A DNA stretch of 64,000 nucleotides. Origin: an uncultured Prevotella sp. Lineage in GTDB: Bacteria; Bacteroidota; Bacteroidia; Bacteroidales; Bacteroidaceae. The translations under genes and the position numbers were made by a program. This document shows, piece after piece, positions 51,538-61,846 of this stretch. The notes under the pieces were generated by a model. It searched no databases. It was not told where the DNA came from and saw only the letters and a program-made list of their open reading frames with translations. Location: positions 457-64,456 of the forward strand of contig OMUH01000021.1 in assembly GCA_900314195.1 (NCBI GenBank), in the 5' to 3' direction. How positions within the stretch are numbered: position 1 is the first letter of the stretch; each line of letters opens with the position of its first letter.

Positions 51538-52338
51538 ATGCAAAATATCAGCTTGCCACGTTTGTATGCCACAATGCGATGGTATCTTTCTCTTCATGCG
51601 CGCCGTTTGTTGTTGTCGGCTGCAGGTGTCTGCCTGTTTGTCCTTGTATCAAAATTGCCGGTCCTGCGTGTTCCGCACGACGATTTCGGCTCTGCCGATA
51701 CTCTCTTCCATACCTTTCTGTCGTTGCTCGGCATCTATATGGTAACGTGCGGTGCCCTTATAGCTTCCGATGTTCCTGATCCACGCCGCCGCATGCAGCT
51801 CTTCCTGCTTCCTGCCAGCCGTCTTGAGAAGTTCCTGTGCCGCTATGCCGACCTGTTATTGGCAGAGCCGTTTGCCCTTGTTGCCGGCCTCATTGCCGGC
51901 GATGTCTTGCAGATGCTTCTTTGCGCCGTTGTCGGCGTGCCGGTAGTCTCGCTCACCCTCAGCTCTATGGTCTCAACACTGCCGGCGATACCGTTGTTCG
52001 CCGACTGGAAAACAGCAGCCATGGTCACCAGTGTTATATTTCTCAATTCATTCTTTCTTCTTGCCGGCACCCTTTTCCGTCGTCATGCATGGATAAAAAG
52101 CTGCCTGCTGTTGTTCGTCACATTCCTGTCGGCCACTATTGCAGTCTGGATGATAGTGAAGCTCGTCCTTGACGCCGTCTATGGAGAAGGAAACTATTCG
52201 CTGGTCATGATAAACAGCAACTGGACGGGCGCCGCCCTTTCGGCAGTATGCATTCTTCTGGCTGTTTTCAACTATTGGGCGGCCTTCCGTGTCTATTCAC
52301 GTATGCAGGCCGTCAATGCCACGTGGCACAATTTCTGA
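51538..52338 (+). CDS. ABC-2-type permease-like membrane protein
   Basis: About six TM segments; LLPASRLEKF motif; follows the ATPase gene. Confidence 0.75.
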   Translation: MQNISLPRLYATMRWYLSLHARRLLLSAAGVCLFVLVSKLPVLRVPHDDFGSADTLFHTFLSLLGIYMVTCGALIASDVPDPRRRMQLFLLPASRLEKFLCRYADLLLAEPFALVAGLIAGDVLQMLLCAVVGVPVVSLTLSSMVSTLPAIPLFADWKTAAMVTSVIFLNSFFLLAGTLFRRHAWIKSCLLLFVTFLSATIAVWMIVKLVLDAVYGEGNYSLVMINSNWTGAALSAVCILLAVFNYWAAFRVYSRMQAVNATWHNF

Positions 52339-52409
52339 CATAGCGTTCATTATTTCCAATTGGCATTGGATACTAAAAAATAATATTAACTTCAAAATAT
52401 TCCATTATT

Positions 52410-53180
52410 ATGTCACGCACAAAAAAAACATTCTCCCAGCAGGCATCTATGCTCAGACTGCCGGTTCTTATAGCCCTCATGGCAATAGTCTTCCTCACGT
52501 CATGCCGCATAGAAGTCAACGGTGCCAACGGCGATCACGACCGCAGACGTAATTTCGTGACCCGCTCCGTGCCGGTATCGTCATTCACGGCGGTTAAGCT
52601 GACCAGTTCGGTAGATGTCAAATATGTTCCGTCAGACACCTTTGCGGTTATTCTCCGTGGTCCGAAGAGCTATATAGACCAGCTTGTCGTGAAAGTAGAA
52701 AACGGAGCATTGTATATAGGCGAGAAGGAACATGCCGACGGCATTACGATAATAGGCTTCGTGCATGACGACGATGACGTAAAAGTTATCGTCAAAGCAC
52801 CTAAGATCAATAATGTCGCTATGTATGGTTCCGGTTCGTTCGAATGCGACGGCACAATGCGTTCAGAGTCGCTGACGCTGAGCATTGCCGGCAGCGGAGA
52901 TATTGACGTGAAAAATATCGAGGCATCTTCAGTATCTGCCGAGGTTGCCGGCTCGGGCGACATAGAAGCGATGCTTACAGGTGTCAGAACCACTAATGTC
53001 CGCGTGGCCGGCAGCGGCGACGTAGATTTCAAGTTCCGTCGTTGCGGCGACGTAAATGCCAAGATAGCCGGCAGCGGCGATGTCTCGCTCAGCGGAAGAA
53101 TAGAATCTTTGTCGCAGAATGTGGCCGGCAGCGGCGAAATAGACACGGAGAAGCTGACCGTAGCTCCTTTGAACCAATAA
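52410..53180 (+). CDS. DUF2807 (head GIN domain) lipoprotein
   Basis: Lipobox LTSC; repeated (I/V)AGSGD(I/V) beta-helix motifs. Confidence 0.88.
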   Translation: MSRTKKTFSQQASMLRLPVLIALMAIVFLTSCRIEVNGANGDHDRRRNFVTRSVPVSSFTAVKLTSSVDVKYVPSDTFAVILRGPKSYIDQLVVKVENGALYIGEKEHADGITIIGFVHDDDDVKVIVKAPKINNVAMYGSGSFECDGTMRSESLTLSIAGSGDIDVKNIEASSVSAEVAGSGDIEAMLTGVRTTNVRVAGSGDVDFKFRRCGDVNAKIAGSGDVSLSGRIESLSQNVAGSGEIDTEKLTVAPLNQ

Positions 53181-53211
53181 ACAACAGTTATTCACAGATA
53201 ATATATATGGA

Positions 53212-53592
53212 ATGACGTTCAGCGACAATAAAGCTATCTATCTTCAAATTGCCGACCGTCTCTGCGACGACATCCTTGCCGGTCGTTATGAGGCCGACAA
53301 CCGCATACCGTCGGTGCGCGAATATGCTGTGGCTCTTGAAGTCAATGCCAACACTGCCGTGAAGGCCTATGAGAAACTGTCGCGCAAGGACATTATCTAT
53401 AACCGCCGCGGACTGGGCTATTTTGTCAGCCCCCAGGCGCAGACGATAATACGCCGTGAACGTCGTGACTCCTTCTTCAGCGACTTGCTGCCCGAGGTGT
53501 TCAGGCAAATGCGAATGCTTGGCATTGACATCAGCGATATTGACAAGCACTGGCAGAGCCAGAACGGCAGCGTTTCTGAAACAGAACAATAA
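53212..53592 (+). CDS. GntR-family (YtrA subfamily) transcriptional regulator
   Basis: AIYLQIAD, IPSVREYAVALEVNANTAVKAY, RRGLGYFV; short C-terminal domain. Confidence 0.92.
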   Translation: MTFSDNKAIYLQIADRLCDDILAGRYEADNRIPSVREYAVALEVNANTAVKAYEKLSRKDIIYNRRGLGYFVSPQAQTIIRRERRDSFFSDLLPEVFRQMRMLGIDISDIDKHWQSQNGSVSETEQ

Positions 53593-53603
53593 AAGTAATT
53601 ATT

Positions 53604-55877
53604 ATGAAAAAGTTTTATTTTCCGGTTATGGCATTGGCAACAATGCTTCCCTTGACAGCTTCCGCCGGCCGCCCGTCGTTGCCGCCCGTCGATGCACCTT
53701 ACGAGCGCACAGACAGTCTGCCGTCAGATACTGCTGGCTATTGGAAACAATATAATATCGGCGAGGTGAGCGTGACAGCAACACGCAAGCTCGTAAAGAG
53801 CGAAATCGGGAAGTTGTCATACGACATGACTGCTGATGATGAAGCTAAGACGAAAAACACGCTTGACATGCTCCGTAAGGTGCCGATGGTCTCCGTAGAC
53901 GGGCAGGACAACATCCGCGTGAAGGGCTCTACCTCGTTTAAAATCTACCGCAACGGCCATCCCGACCCGTCGCTCGACGGCACTTCTGCAAGCAAGATAC
54001 TGAAGTCTATACCTGCCAACACTATAAAGAAGATAGAAGTCATTACCGATCCCGGTGCCAAGTATGATGCCGAGGGCACGTCGGTAATTCTCAATATAGT
54101 CATGAAAGACAATGCCGGCCTGCAGGGCATTGCCGGCAATGTCAATGCCGGCTTCAACACGCGCGGAAGCATTGAACCGTCTGCAAGCATCACGGCCCAG
54201 AAAGGTCCTTTCACTATGGCTGTCAACTACGGCTTCTCCCATCGCGGAAAGAAAGGCTCTGAAAATGAAACATATTCAGATACTTATTATGGCGGTAACG
54301 GCGAATCGCATTCATACGTCAGCTATAACGGACCTGTTGATGTCCACTATGGCAATATATCGGCATCGTGGGAGATTGATTCCTTGAACTTGCTGTCGCT
54401 TTCCGGCGGAGGGTGGTATGTGCTGCCTGATTTAAGCGGACATTACACCTCATCCCGTTCTTACGGCCATATCGGTTTGTCTGACAGCTCTCTGCCCTCC
54501 GGCTACAGCTACGACGGCCTGCTGTCAACGCCCGACTATAAGTTCTACAACTTCAACGGGCGAATGGACTTCCAGCATAATACGCATCTTGACGGCGAGG
54601 TCTTTACGCTCAGCTATATGGGAGTCACTACACGTCAGAACCAGGACATGCTTCACGCTTATTCCAATCTTTTAAACGTGCCGTTCTCCTACACCGGATA
54701 TTCTCAGCGCCAGCATGAAAAGTTCTTCGAGCACACCGTGCAGGCCGACTACGTAAGGCCGTTCGGAAAGAACAACAAACTTGAGATGGGACTGAAGTAT
54801 ATCAACCGGTCAAACAAGAGCAACACGCAAATGATTTATACCGGTGATGATACGTCCAACGTTTACAGCCTCTTCGACCATACCACGCAGGTTGGCGCGG
54901 CCTATCTCGAGTGGCTGGGCAATTTCGGCGCATGGAACTTCCGTGCCGGTCTGCGCTATGAGCACAGCTATATGAAGGCATCATTTCCCGACGGCTCTTC
55001 CGACGGCTTCAGCAAACGCCTTAACGACTGGTGTCCGACGGCAAGCGTGCAATATCGTCTGCGCCAGGCAGACACGTTTACAGCCACATGGTCAACGAAT
55101 ATCCGCCGGCCGGGCATAGAATATCTTAATCCGGCCCGCGTAGAAACGCCGACAGAGATAACAGAGGGCGCGCCCGGACTGTCGAGCACGCGCAATCAGC
55201 AGTTCAGCCTCACATGGATGCATGTCGGCAAGAACCTGACCCTTAGCCTCAGTCCGTCGTTCTTCTTATCTAATAACCAGATTACTGCCGTGCAGGGTGT
55301 GCAGAACGGCAAGACGTGGACGAGCTATGACAACGTAAACCGTGAGCGCAGCTTCTATACCACGGCCTACGTGCAGACAGCTCCATGGAAAAACGCGAGC
55401 CTGTCTGTCGACCTTGGCGGAGGTTACCATTACTACCGCAACCCGAATATCGGCCTGTCCCTTGACGGCTGGCATGCCAACTATAATGTCAATTATCGGC
55501 AGAAACTGCCGTGGCGCCTCAGCTTCAATGGTGGCGTAGGCGGCAGCATGGGGCGTGAGCCGGAATCCGTCTATAGCCTGGGCGGCAATTGGTTTTACCA
55601 TTATCTCACCCTTCAGCGTTCGTTCCTTAAGGAAGACCGGCTGACGGTAAGCCTGACGGCCATGAGCCCGTTTGAGCATCACGGCGTGTGGAAGCAACGC
55701 ACCGTGCAGGGCGACTACACGGCGTCCTCGCGCACAATCTATACTTCTCAGTCGTTTGCCCTGCGTCTGTCTTGGCGGTTCGGAACCCTCAAGACGCGCG
55801 TGAAGACAGTTGAACGCTCCATCGACAATAACGATGTGGTCGGAGGCATAAAGCAGGCCGGAGCATCACGGCAGTGA
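53604..55877 (+). CDS. TonB-dependent receptor / outer-membrane beta-barrel protein
   Basis: LDMLRKVPMVSVDG, IEVITDPGAKYDAEG plug; barrel ending LRLSWRFG. Confidence 0.88.
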   Translation: MKKFYFPVMALATMLPLTASAGRPSLPPVDAPYERTDSLPSDTAGYWKQYNIGEVSVTATRKLVKSEIGKLSYDMTADDEAKTKNTLDMLRKVPMVSVDGQDNIRVKGSTSFKIYRNGHPDPSLDGTSASKILKSIPANTIKKIEVITDPGAKYDAEGTSVILNIVMKDNAGLQGIAGNVNAGFNTRGSIEPSASITAQKGPFTMAVNYGFSHRGKKGSENETYSDTYYGGNGESHSYVSYNGPVDVHYGNISASWEIDSLNLLSLSGGGWYVLPDLSGHYTSSRSYGHIGLSDSSLPSGYSYDGLLSTPDYKFYNFNGRMDFQHNTHLDGEVFTLSYMGVTTRQNQDMLHAYSNLLNVPFSYTGYSQRQHEKFFEHTVQADYVRPFGKNNKLEMGLKYINRSNKSNTQMIYTGDDTSNVYSLFDHTTQVGAAYLEWLGNFGAWNFRAGLRYEHSYMKASFPDGSSDGFSKRLNDWCPTASVQYRLRQADTFTATWSTNIRRPGIEYLNPARVETPTEITEGAPGLSSTRNQQFSLTWMHVGKNLTLSLSPSFFLSNNQITAVQGVQNGKTWTSYDNVNRERSFYTTAYVQTAPWKNASLSVDLGGGYHYYRNPNIGLSLDGWHANYNVNYRQKLPWRLSFNGGVGGSMGREPESVYSLGGNWFYHYLTLQRSFLKEDRLTVSLTAMSPFEHHGVWKQRTVQGDYTASSRTIYTSQSFALRLSWRFGTLKTRVKTVERSIDNNDVVGGIKQAGASRQ

Positions 55878-55970
55878 TTTTTTGCGGCAGTAGAATTGCT
55901 GCACCAGCCGTTTTCGTTGTGCCCACAGCCTCAGGATGGCTGTGGGCGTCAGCTTGCAGACGCCCACAAG

Positions 55971-56240
55971 GGCCGCACCCTGCACGTGGACTATTAGCAT
56001 TCCTGTGTGTGGATGTATAATGTGCGCACAGCCCTGGAAGGGCTGCCTCATTGATAACCCCAATATAAGGTAAGCGCAGCGACCGCAGATTGGGGAACGG
56101 ATATCCGGCACAGAAATGGTGCCTCGTAGATGTACACTATTGATATTCATTACGTTATGTCTTTTTCTGATGAATGGCAAGCGGAATGGCACGTCTGTCC
56201 CAGGTCTGCGCCCGTTACTCGTTCAGACTGTGTTCAGGCA
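55971..56240 (+). repeat. REP/REPIN-like repeat family B, copy 2
   Basis: Homologous to 2931-3068; a partly inverted half-copy lies at ~56198-56223. Confidence 0.65.
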
Positions 56241-56437
56241 TGAGCCAGCATGCGTGCAGCAATCTGACATAAGTAGCTCCTTTCGTTGATAATGTAAAAA
56301 AAAATCCAAAGAAATTAAAGAATATTAACTAAAAAACGGCCTCAGAAAAATATAATGTCATTGATTGAAAAATCAATGCTATTGCATAATAATTGCATGA
56401 ATATTGTATTTTTGCGTGATGCAATCATATTTCGTCC

Positions 56438-56692
56438 GTAAAGCAATGAGATAAATTTCTGTCGCTGTGAGATAATTTTCCAAAGTATAGGTTTACGACC
56501 CCTAAACCTATGCTTTATTTTTCTGTTTTTATTACAAAGAAGGTCTTTTTTAGCGTTTCCTTTTTGTAATAAAATTACAATATTCTGATTTTTAGGAGTT
56601 TATAAATCGTGCTAGAATGCCGTTCTACACGCCCAACCCTTCGTTCGTTCGTTTTTCTGCAAGTTTTGAAAAACGAAGTGTAAGAAAATTTC
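56438..56692. repeat. Dispersed intergenic repeat family A, copy 2 (inverted relative to copy 1)
   Basis: Reverse-complement match to 2500-2757, core 45/46 nt. Confidence 0.8.
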
Positions 56693-56961
56693 AGGAACAT
56701 GACGTACTATGTGACTGGCAGACTTGAACGTGATTAGGCAAGTTCAACACAAAAGTGCAATTTAGTGAGCTGGTGTGGCTATAATAATTCATCAGCAAAC
56801 ACTATGTGAATATTGATTGATAAGTTTTCAACAGCAGACTTATCGTACGATTCCTGAAAAGTTGATGTAGTATATTTTTTTTATCTTGTATGACGTTTTG
56901 TTGAACACAAAACATTAACTTTGCGATATAGTTGATATTCTGAATAAACAGCGAAAATGAA

Positions 56962-57969
56962 ATGGATGAAAAATATATAGACCTGAAGACTGATTTCGGC
57001 TTTAAGCGCATCTTCGGAACGGTGATGAACAAGGAACTGCTCATCGGTTTTCTGAACGCGCTTTTTGACGGCCGTCATACCATAACCGACGTTACCTACC
57101 GCAACAGCGAGCATCTCGGCACCAACGAAGACGCGCGCCGTGCTATCTTTGACGTCTACTGCCATACTGCAGAGGGCGACCGTATGATTGTTGAGATGCA
57201 GAACGTATATCAGGAGTTTTTCAAGGACCGCTCGGTATATTATTCCACGTTTCCGATAAGCGAGCAGGCTCCGAGGGGCGTATGGAATTATGAGCTGTCG
57301 CCGGTATATACTGTAGGCATTTTGAACTTCGCGTTTCCCTATGACGGCGACGGCCGAGTGAAGCGCGAGGTGAAGCTGATGGACACCGAGACGCATACCG
57401 TGTTCTATGACAAGCTGGCGTATATATATGTTGAGCTGTCGAATTTCAAGAAGACGGAAGACGAGCTTGACACGGTTCTGGACAAATGGCTGTTCGTTCT
57501 GAAGAACATGCAACGGCTTTACGAGCGTCCTGCGAAACTGCAGGAACGCGTGTTCCGTCTGCTGTTCAAGGCCGCCGAGATAGCCACTTACTCTTCAGAG
57601 GAGCGCAAGGAATATGAGCAGAGCCGCCGTGCCTATCAGGACATTAAGATAGGCATGGACTCCGCACAAAAAGTCGGCGAGGAGAAAGGACTTAAGAAAG
57701 GCCTTGAGCAGGGACGTAAGGAAGGCCTTAAGAAAGGTCGTGAGGAAGGTCTCAAGCAGGGCCGTGAGCAGGGGATGGCCGAAGGCCGTGAGCAGGGGAT
57801 GGCCGAAGGCCGTGAACAGGGAATGGCTGAAGGCCGTGAACAGGGGATGGCCGAAGGCATGAAAAAAGAAAAATATGCAATGGCCAGGTCAATGAAAGCG
57901 ATGGGCCTTCCGTTGTCTGACATTGTTAAGATAACCGGCCTTACAGCCGGTGAGGTTGAAAAGCTGTGA
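56962..57969 (+). CDS. Rpn family recombination-promoting nuclease / PD-(D/E)XK 'putative transposase'
   Basis: TDFGFKRIFG, FDVYC...IVEMQ, DRSVYY, DKWLFVLKN, EG-rich repeats, C-terminal IVKITGLTAGEV; TAACTTTG promoter at 56916-56923. Confidence 0.92.
   Translation: MDEKYIDLKTDFGFKRIFGTVMNKELLIGFLNALFDGRHTITDVTYRNSEHLGTNEDARRAIFDVYCHTAEGDRMIVEMQNVYQEFFKDRSVYYSTFPISEQAPRGVWNYELSPVYTVGILNFAFPYDGDGRVKREVKLMDTETHTVFYDKLAYIYVELSNFKKTEDELDTVLDKWLFVLKNMQRLYERPAKLQERVFRLLFKAAEIATYSSEERKEYEQSRRAYQDIKIGMDSAQKVGEEKGLKKGLEQGRKEGLKKGREEGLKQGREQGMAEGREQGMAEGREQGMAEGREQGMAEGMKKEKYAMARSMKAMGLPLSDIVKITGLTAGEVEKL
57760..57858 (+). repeat. In-frame 24-bp tandem repeat (GREQGMAE)x4 within the Rpn gene
   Basis: GGCCGTGAGCAGGGGATGGCCGAA near-identical copies; degenerate copies extend back to ~57685. 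Confidence 0.9.
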
Positions 57970-58295
57970 CGGTTTTTATGCCCTAGCTGCACCAGTGCTT
58001 GTGTTTTGTTCTTATAAAGTAGATCCTACGCCAGCAGAATTTACTTTATGACTTCGTGTCATATACGGCAGTAGGCTTTTGCCTTTTTTGATAAATGTCC
58101 GGTGATAAACGTTAGTCATTCCGCTTTTATATTGCCGCAGGCAGCTGTGTTGCACAGCGTGTTATGTCGAAATAAAAACATTTTCTGCTTTTATTCTGAC
58201 ATAATTCAGAAAAAATATGTAAGTTTGCAGCAGTTTTTTATACAGCCGTCTATGACGGCTTTCATGATGAAATCAATCACTTACATTTTCTGAAT

Positions 58296-58928
58296 ATGGA
58301 TAAGCTAAAGAAGACATTTGCGTCAAAACTACTTAACATCAAGGCTATCAAGCTTCAGCCCAACAATCCGTTCACATGGGCCAGCGGCTGGAAGTCGCCG
58401 TTCTACTGTGACAACCGTAAGACATTGTCATATCCTGACCTGCGCGATTTCGTGAAGCTTGAGCTGACACATATCATCCTGGAGCAGTTTGACGATGTCG
58501 AGGCTGTTGCCGGCGTTGCCACAGGTGCCATTCCGCAGGGTGCCCTTGTTGCTGACGAGCTGCATCTGCCGTTTGTCTATGTGCGTTCAAAACCAAAAGA
58601 CCACGGACTGGAGAACCTCATCGAGGGAGAGCTGAAACCGGGTGCCAAGGTAGTTGTCGTTGAAGACCTCATATCTACGGGCGGCTCGTCGCTGAAGGCT
58701 GTTGACGCCCTGCGCAAGGCCGGCTCAAACGTCATAGGCATGGTGGCCAGCTTCACCTACGGCTTCGACGTGGCAAGGAAGGCCTTTGAAGATGCCAATG
58801 TGCGTCTTGAAACGCTTACAGACTATGAGCACGTTGTTGAGCAGGCTCTCGAGACAGGCTATATAGCGAAAGACGACGTCAACCTACTGCATGAGTGGCG
58901 CCGTGACCCTGCCAACTGGAAGAAATAA
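58296..58928 (+). CDS. pyrE: Orotate phosphoribosyltransferase
   Basis: FTWASGWKSPFYCDNR, VVVVEDLISTGGSS. Confidence 0.96.
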   Translation: MDKLKKTFASKLLNIKAIKLQPNNPFTWASGWKSPFYCDNRKTLSYPDLRDFVKLELTHIILEQFDDVEAVAGVATGAIPQGALVADELHLPFVYVRSKPKDHGLENLIEGELKPGAKVVVVEDLISTGGSSLKAVDALRKAGSNVIGMVASFTYGFDVARKAFEDANVRLETLTDYEHVVEQALETGYIAKDDVNLLHEWRRDPANWKK

Positions 58929-58962
58929 AAAAGGGTTTTCATACAGAACGATTGGGAAAAAT

Positions 58963-59385
58963 ATGAGCACTACATCATTTGAAAGCAGCGTAAAGCAGAT
59001 TCCTTACAGCCAGCAGACCGTATACGGCAAGCTCAGCGACCTTAACAACCTGTCAAAGGTGCGCGACCGTCTGCCGGCAGACAAGGCGGGCAGTCTGTCT
59101 TTCGATGCCGACTCCATGAGCATTGAGGTGCCCATGGCCGGAAAGATAAAAATGGTCATCATAGAGCGTGATGAGCCCAAGACAATAAAGTTCGAGTCTC
59201 AGGGCAGTCCGGTGCCGTTCTTGTTTTGGATACAGCTGCTGCCAACCGGCGATGCTGCATGCAAGATGAGGCTTACGCTGCATGCCGATCTTAATCCGTT
59301 CATAAAAGGCATGGTTCAGAAGCAGCTGCAGGAAGGCATTGAGAAGGCTGCTGACATGCTGGCCATGTTGCCTTATGATGACTGA
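58963..59385 (+). CDS. SRPBCC/START-like domain protein
   Basis: FESSVKQIPYSQ..VY..LSDLNNL, LNPFIKGMV; follows pyrE. Confidence 0.75.
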   Translation: MSTTSFESSVKQIPYSQQTVYGKLSDLNNLSKVRDRLPADKAGSLSFDADSMSIEVPMAGKIKMVIIERDEPKTIKFESQGSPVPFLFWIQLLPTGDAACKMRLTLHADLNPFIKGMVQKQLQEGIEKAADMLAMLPYDD

Positions 59386-59497
59386 CTTTAAGCAATGGTG
59401 AATAAATAATATGGCAGACGCCGGCAGAATAATAGATATATTTTCTCCGGCATCTGCCTTTTTGATAATAAAACAACAATATTCGAAATAAACAGAC

Positions 59498-60844
59498 ATG
59501 GCAAACAAACTGTGGGAAAAGAATTTTGAGGTAAACAAGGAAATAGAGCGCTTCACTGTGGGCCGCGACCGCGAGCTCGACCTCTATCTTGCCAAATATG
59601 ACGTGCTTGGCTCTATGGCGCATATCACTATGCTTGAGACAATAGGCCTGCTCACTAAAGACGAGCTGGCAAAGCTGCTCAGAGAGCTTAGAAAGATATA
59701 CGACATCTGCGAGGCCGGAAAATTCGAGATTGAACCCGACGTTGAGGATGTTCATTCGCAGGTGGAGCTTATGCTGACGCGCAGTCTTGGCGACATGGGC
59801 AAGAAGATACACTCCGGCCGCAGCCGCAACGACCAGGTGCTCGTTGACCTGAAGCTCTTCACGCGTCATGAGCTGCATGAGGTCGTAGACCATGTGAAGA
59901 TTCTCTTTGACGAGCTCATTGCCAAGAGCGAGCAGTATAAGAACGTGCTCATGCCGGGATATACACACCTGCAGATTGCAATGCCGTCGAGCTTCGGCCT
60001 GTGGTTCGGCGCCTATGCCGAGTCGCTCGTCGACGACATGCTCTTCCTTGAGGCTGCCTACAAGATGACCAATCGCAACCCGCTGGGGTCGGCAGCCGGC
60101 TATGGCAGCAGCTTCCCGCTGAACCGCTCGCTGACAACGCGCCTGCTAGGCTTCGACAGCATGGACTATAATGTTGTCTATGCACAGATGGGCCGCGGAA
60201 AGATGGAGCGCAACGTGGCCTTCGCACTCGCCACGGTGGCCGGCACGCTGGCAAAGATGGCCTACGACGCCTGTCTCTTCAACTGCCAGAACTTCGGCTT
60301 CGTGCATCTGCCGAAGGAGTGCACCACAGGATCGAGCATCATGCCGCATAAGAAAAACCCTGACGTGTTTGAGCTCATCCGTGCCAAGAGCAACAAGATA
60401 CAGAGTCTGCCGCAGCAGGTAATGATGATTATGAACAACCTGCCGTGCGGCTATTTCCGTGACCTGCAGATAATAAAGGAGGTGTTCCTGCCGGCCTTTG
60501 CCGAGCTGGAAGACTGTCTGCAGATGACGGCTTACATTGTCAATAAGATGGAGGTCAACGAGCATATTCTCGACAATCCGATGTATGACCCTATGTTCTC
60601 TGTTGAGGAGGTAAACCGCCTGGCAGCATCGGGCGTGCCCTTCCGCGATGCATATAAGAAAGTAGGTCTTGAAATAGAAAACGGAACGTTCAAGGCCGAC
60701 AAGAACATACACCACACCCATGAGGGCTCCATTGGCAATCTGTGCAATGACAAAATTGTTGAGCTTATGAATGCCAACATCTCAAATTTCCATTTTGAGC
60801 GTGTCCGGCAGGCCGTTGACAGCTTGCTTAAAAGTGCGGAGTAG
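59498..60844 (+). CDS. argH: Argininosuccinate lyase
   Basis: KLW, EDVHS, HSGRSRNDQV, PGYTHLQ, TGSSIMPHKKNPD. Confidence 0.96.
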   Translation: MANKLWEKNFEVNKEIERFTVGRDRELDLYLAKYDVLGSMAHITMLETIGLLTKDELAKLLRELRKIYDICEAGKFEIEPDVEDVHSQVELMLTRSLGDMGKKIHSGRSRNDQVLVDLKLFTRHELHEVVDHVKILFDELIAKSEQYKNVLMPGYTHLQIAMPSSFGLWFGAYAESLVDDMLFLEAAYKMTNRNPLGSAAGYGSSFPLNRSLTTRLLGFDSMDYNVVYAQMGRGKMERNVAFALATVAGTLAKMAYDACLFNCQNFGFVHLPKECTTGSSIMPHKKNPDVFELIRAKSNKIQSLPQQVMMIMNNLPCGYFRDLQIIKEVFLPAFAELEDCLQMTAYIVNKMEVNEHILDNPMYDPMFSVEEVNRLAASGVPFRDAYKKVGLEIENGTFKADKNIHHTHEGSIGNLCNDKIVELMNANISNFHFERVRQAVDSLLKSAE

Positions 60845-60877
60845 CAGCTGCTTGCTGATGTGGAAAAGCAAACAATC

Positions 60878-61480
60878 ATGAAAAGAGATAAAAAAAATGC
60901 CGCACGTTGCAGCGTGCATCGTGCGTGCATACTCTTGTTCTTTGCCGTGATGCTGATGCTGTCCGGCTGTGCCGGCGACCGCATATCGCGGTCGTTTGCC
61001 TGCCGTTTCTATTATTACATGCAGTATCACAACCCGAGCCTCGTGCGCACGGCAGCGCTCAGCACCAGTACGTTTGTCATGGTCAGCGTGACGCGGGCTG
61101 CCAACGGTGCCTATACCGTCAGCGCTGTCGACCAGAGCGGGCACAGCGAAACCGTCAGGCTCACCAATGAGGTGGAGACACGCCGTTATTCAACCGGCAT
61201 CTATCTTGGTGCGGCCAATGGCATAATATTAGGGCGTGAGGGCTATGACAATCGTCTCGTGGCATACGACAGACAGTGCCCGAACTGCATCAGTGAGCGT
61301 GGCGGACGCTCGTATCCGCTGTCGTTCACAGGCGCCATGTCAACGGTAAGATGCGGCGTGTGCGGCCGCACATACGATTTGTATACCGGCAATGTGACCG
61401 CCGGCGGCAAGAGCGGCGACGACAGGCTGATGGAATATTCTGCAACGATAAACGGCGACATGCTGTATGTAGGAAACTGA
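60878..61480 (+). CDS. Lipoprotein with Rieske-like fold and two CxxC motifs
   Basis: Lipobox LSGC; AYDRQCPNC...VRCGVCGRTYDL. Confidence 0.7.
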   Translation: MKRDKKNAARCSVHRACILLFFAVMLMLSGCAGDRISRSFACRFYYYMQYHNPSLVRTAALSTSTFVMVSVTRAANGAYTVSAVDQSGHSETVRLTNEVETRRYSTGIYLGAANGIILGREGYDNRLVAYDRQCPNCISERGGRSYPLSFTGAMSTVRCGVCGRTYDLYTGNVTAGGKSGDDRLMEYSATINGDMLYVGN

Positions 61481-61593
61481 CGGCTGTTCTTTGACGCTGA
61501 AAAGACCATGTCGGTTGCAAAAAAATGCGTTTTTCTTTTGATGATTGAAAAATATAGACTATCTTTGCACTTGTTTTGAAACAATGGTGTCAT

Positions 61594-61666
61594 GCGGCAA
61601 TAGCTCAGTTGGTAGAGCGCGACCTTGCCAAGGTCGAGGTCGCGGGTCCGAGTCCCGTTTGCCGCT
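61594..61666 (+). tRNA. tRNA-Gly(GCC)
   Basis: GCGGCAA/TTGCCGC acceptor stem, anticodon loop TTGCCAA; TATCTTTG promoter at 61560-61567. Confidence 0.93.
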
Positions 61667-61760
61667 CATCTTTTCTTTTTCTTCATGTCATTGCTTGCTT
61701 TTTCTGGTGATTATGACGCAGAAAACAGTATTGCGTAAAGCAACGTAGTGGCAAGCTTGG

Positions 61761-61846
61761 GCCGCAATGGTGGAATTGGTAGACACGAGGGACTTAAAAT
61801 CCCTTGGCTAGAAATGGCTGTACGGGTTCGAGTCCCGTTCGCGGCA
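61761..61846 (+). tRNA. tRNA-Leu(TAA)
   Basis: Anticodon arm AGGGA-CTTAAAA-TCCCT, long variable arm, GGTTCGAGTCC. Confidence 0.93.

Noticed and set aside
56962-57969. Rpn gene as an active IS transposase
   Set aside because: No terminal inverted repeats or target duplications are visible; the 'transposase' label for this family is historical.
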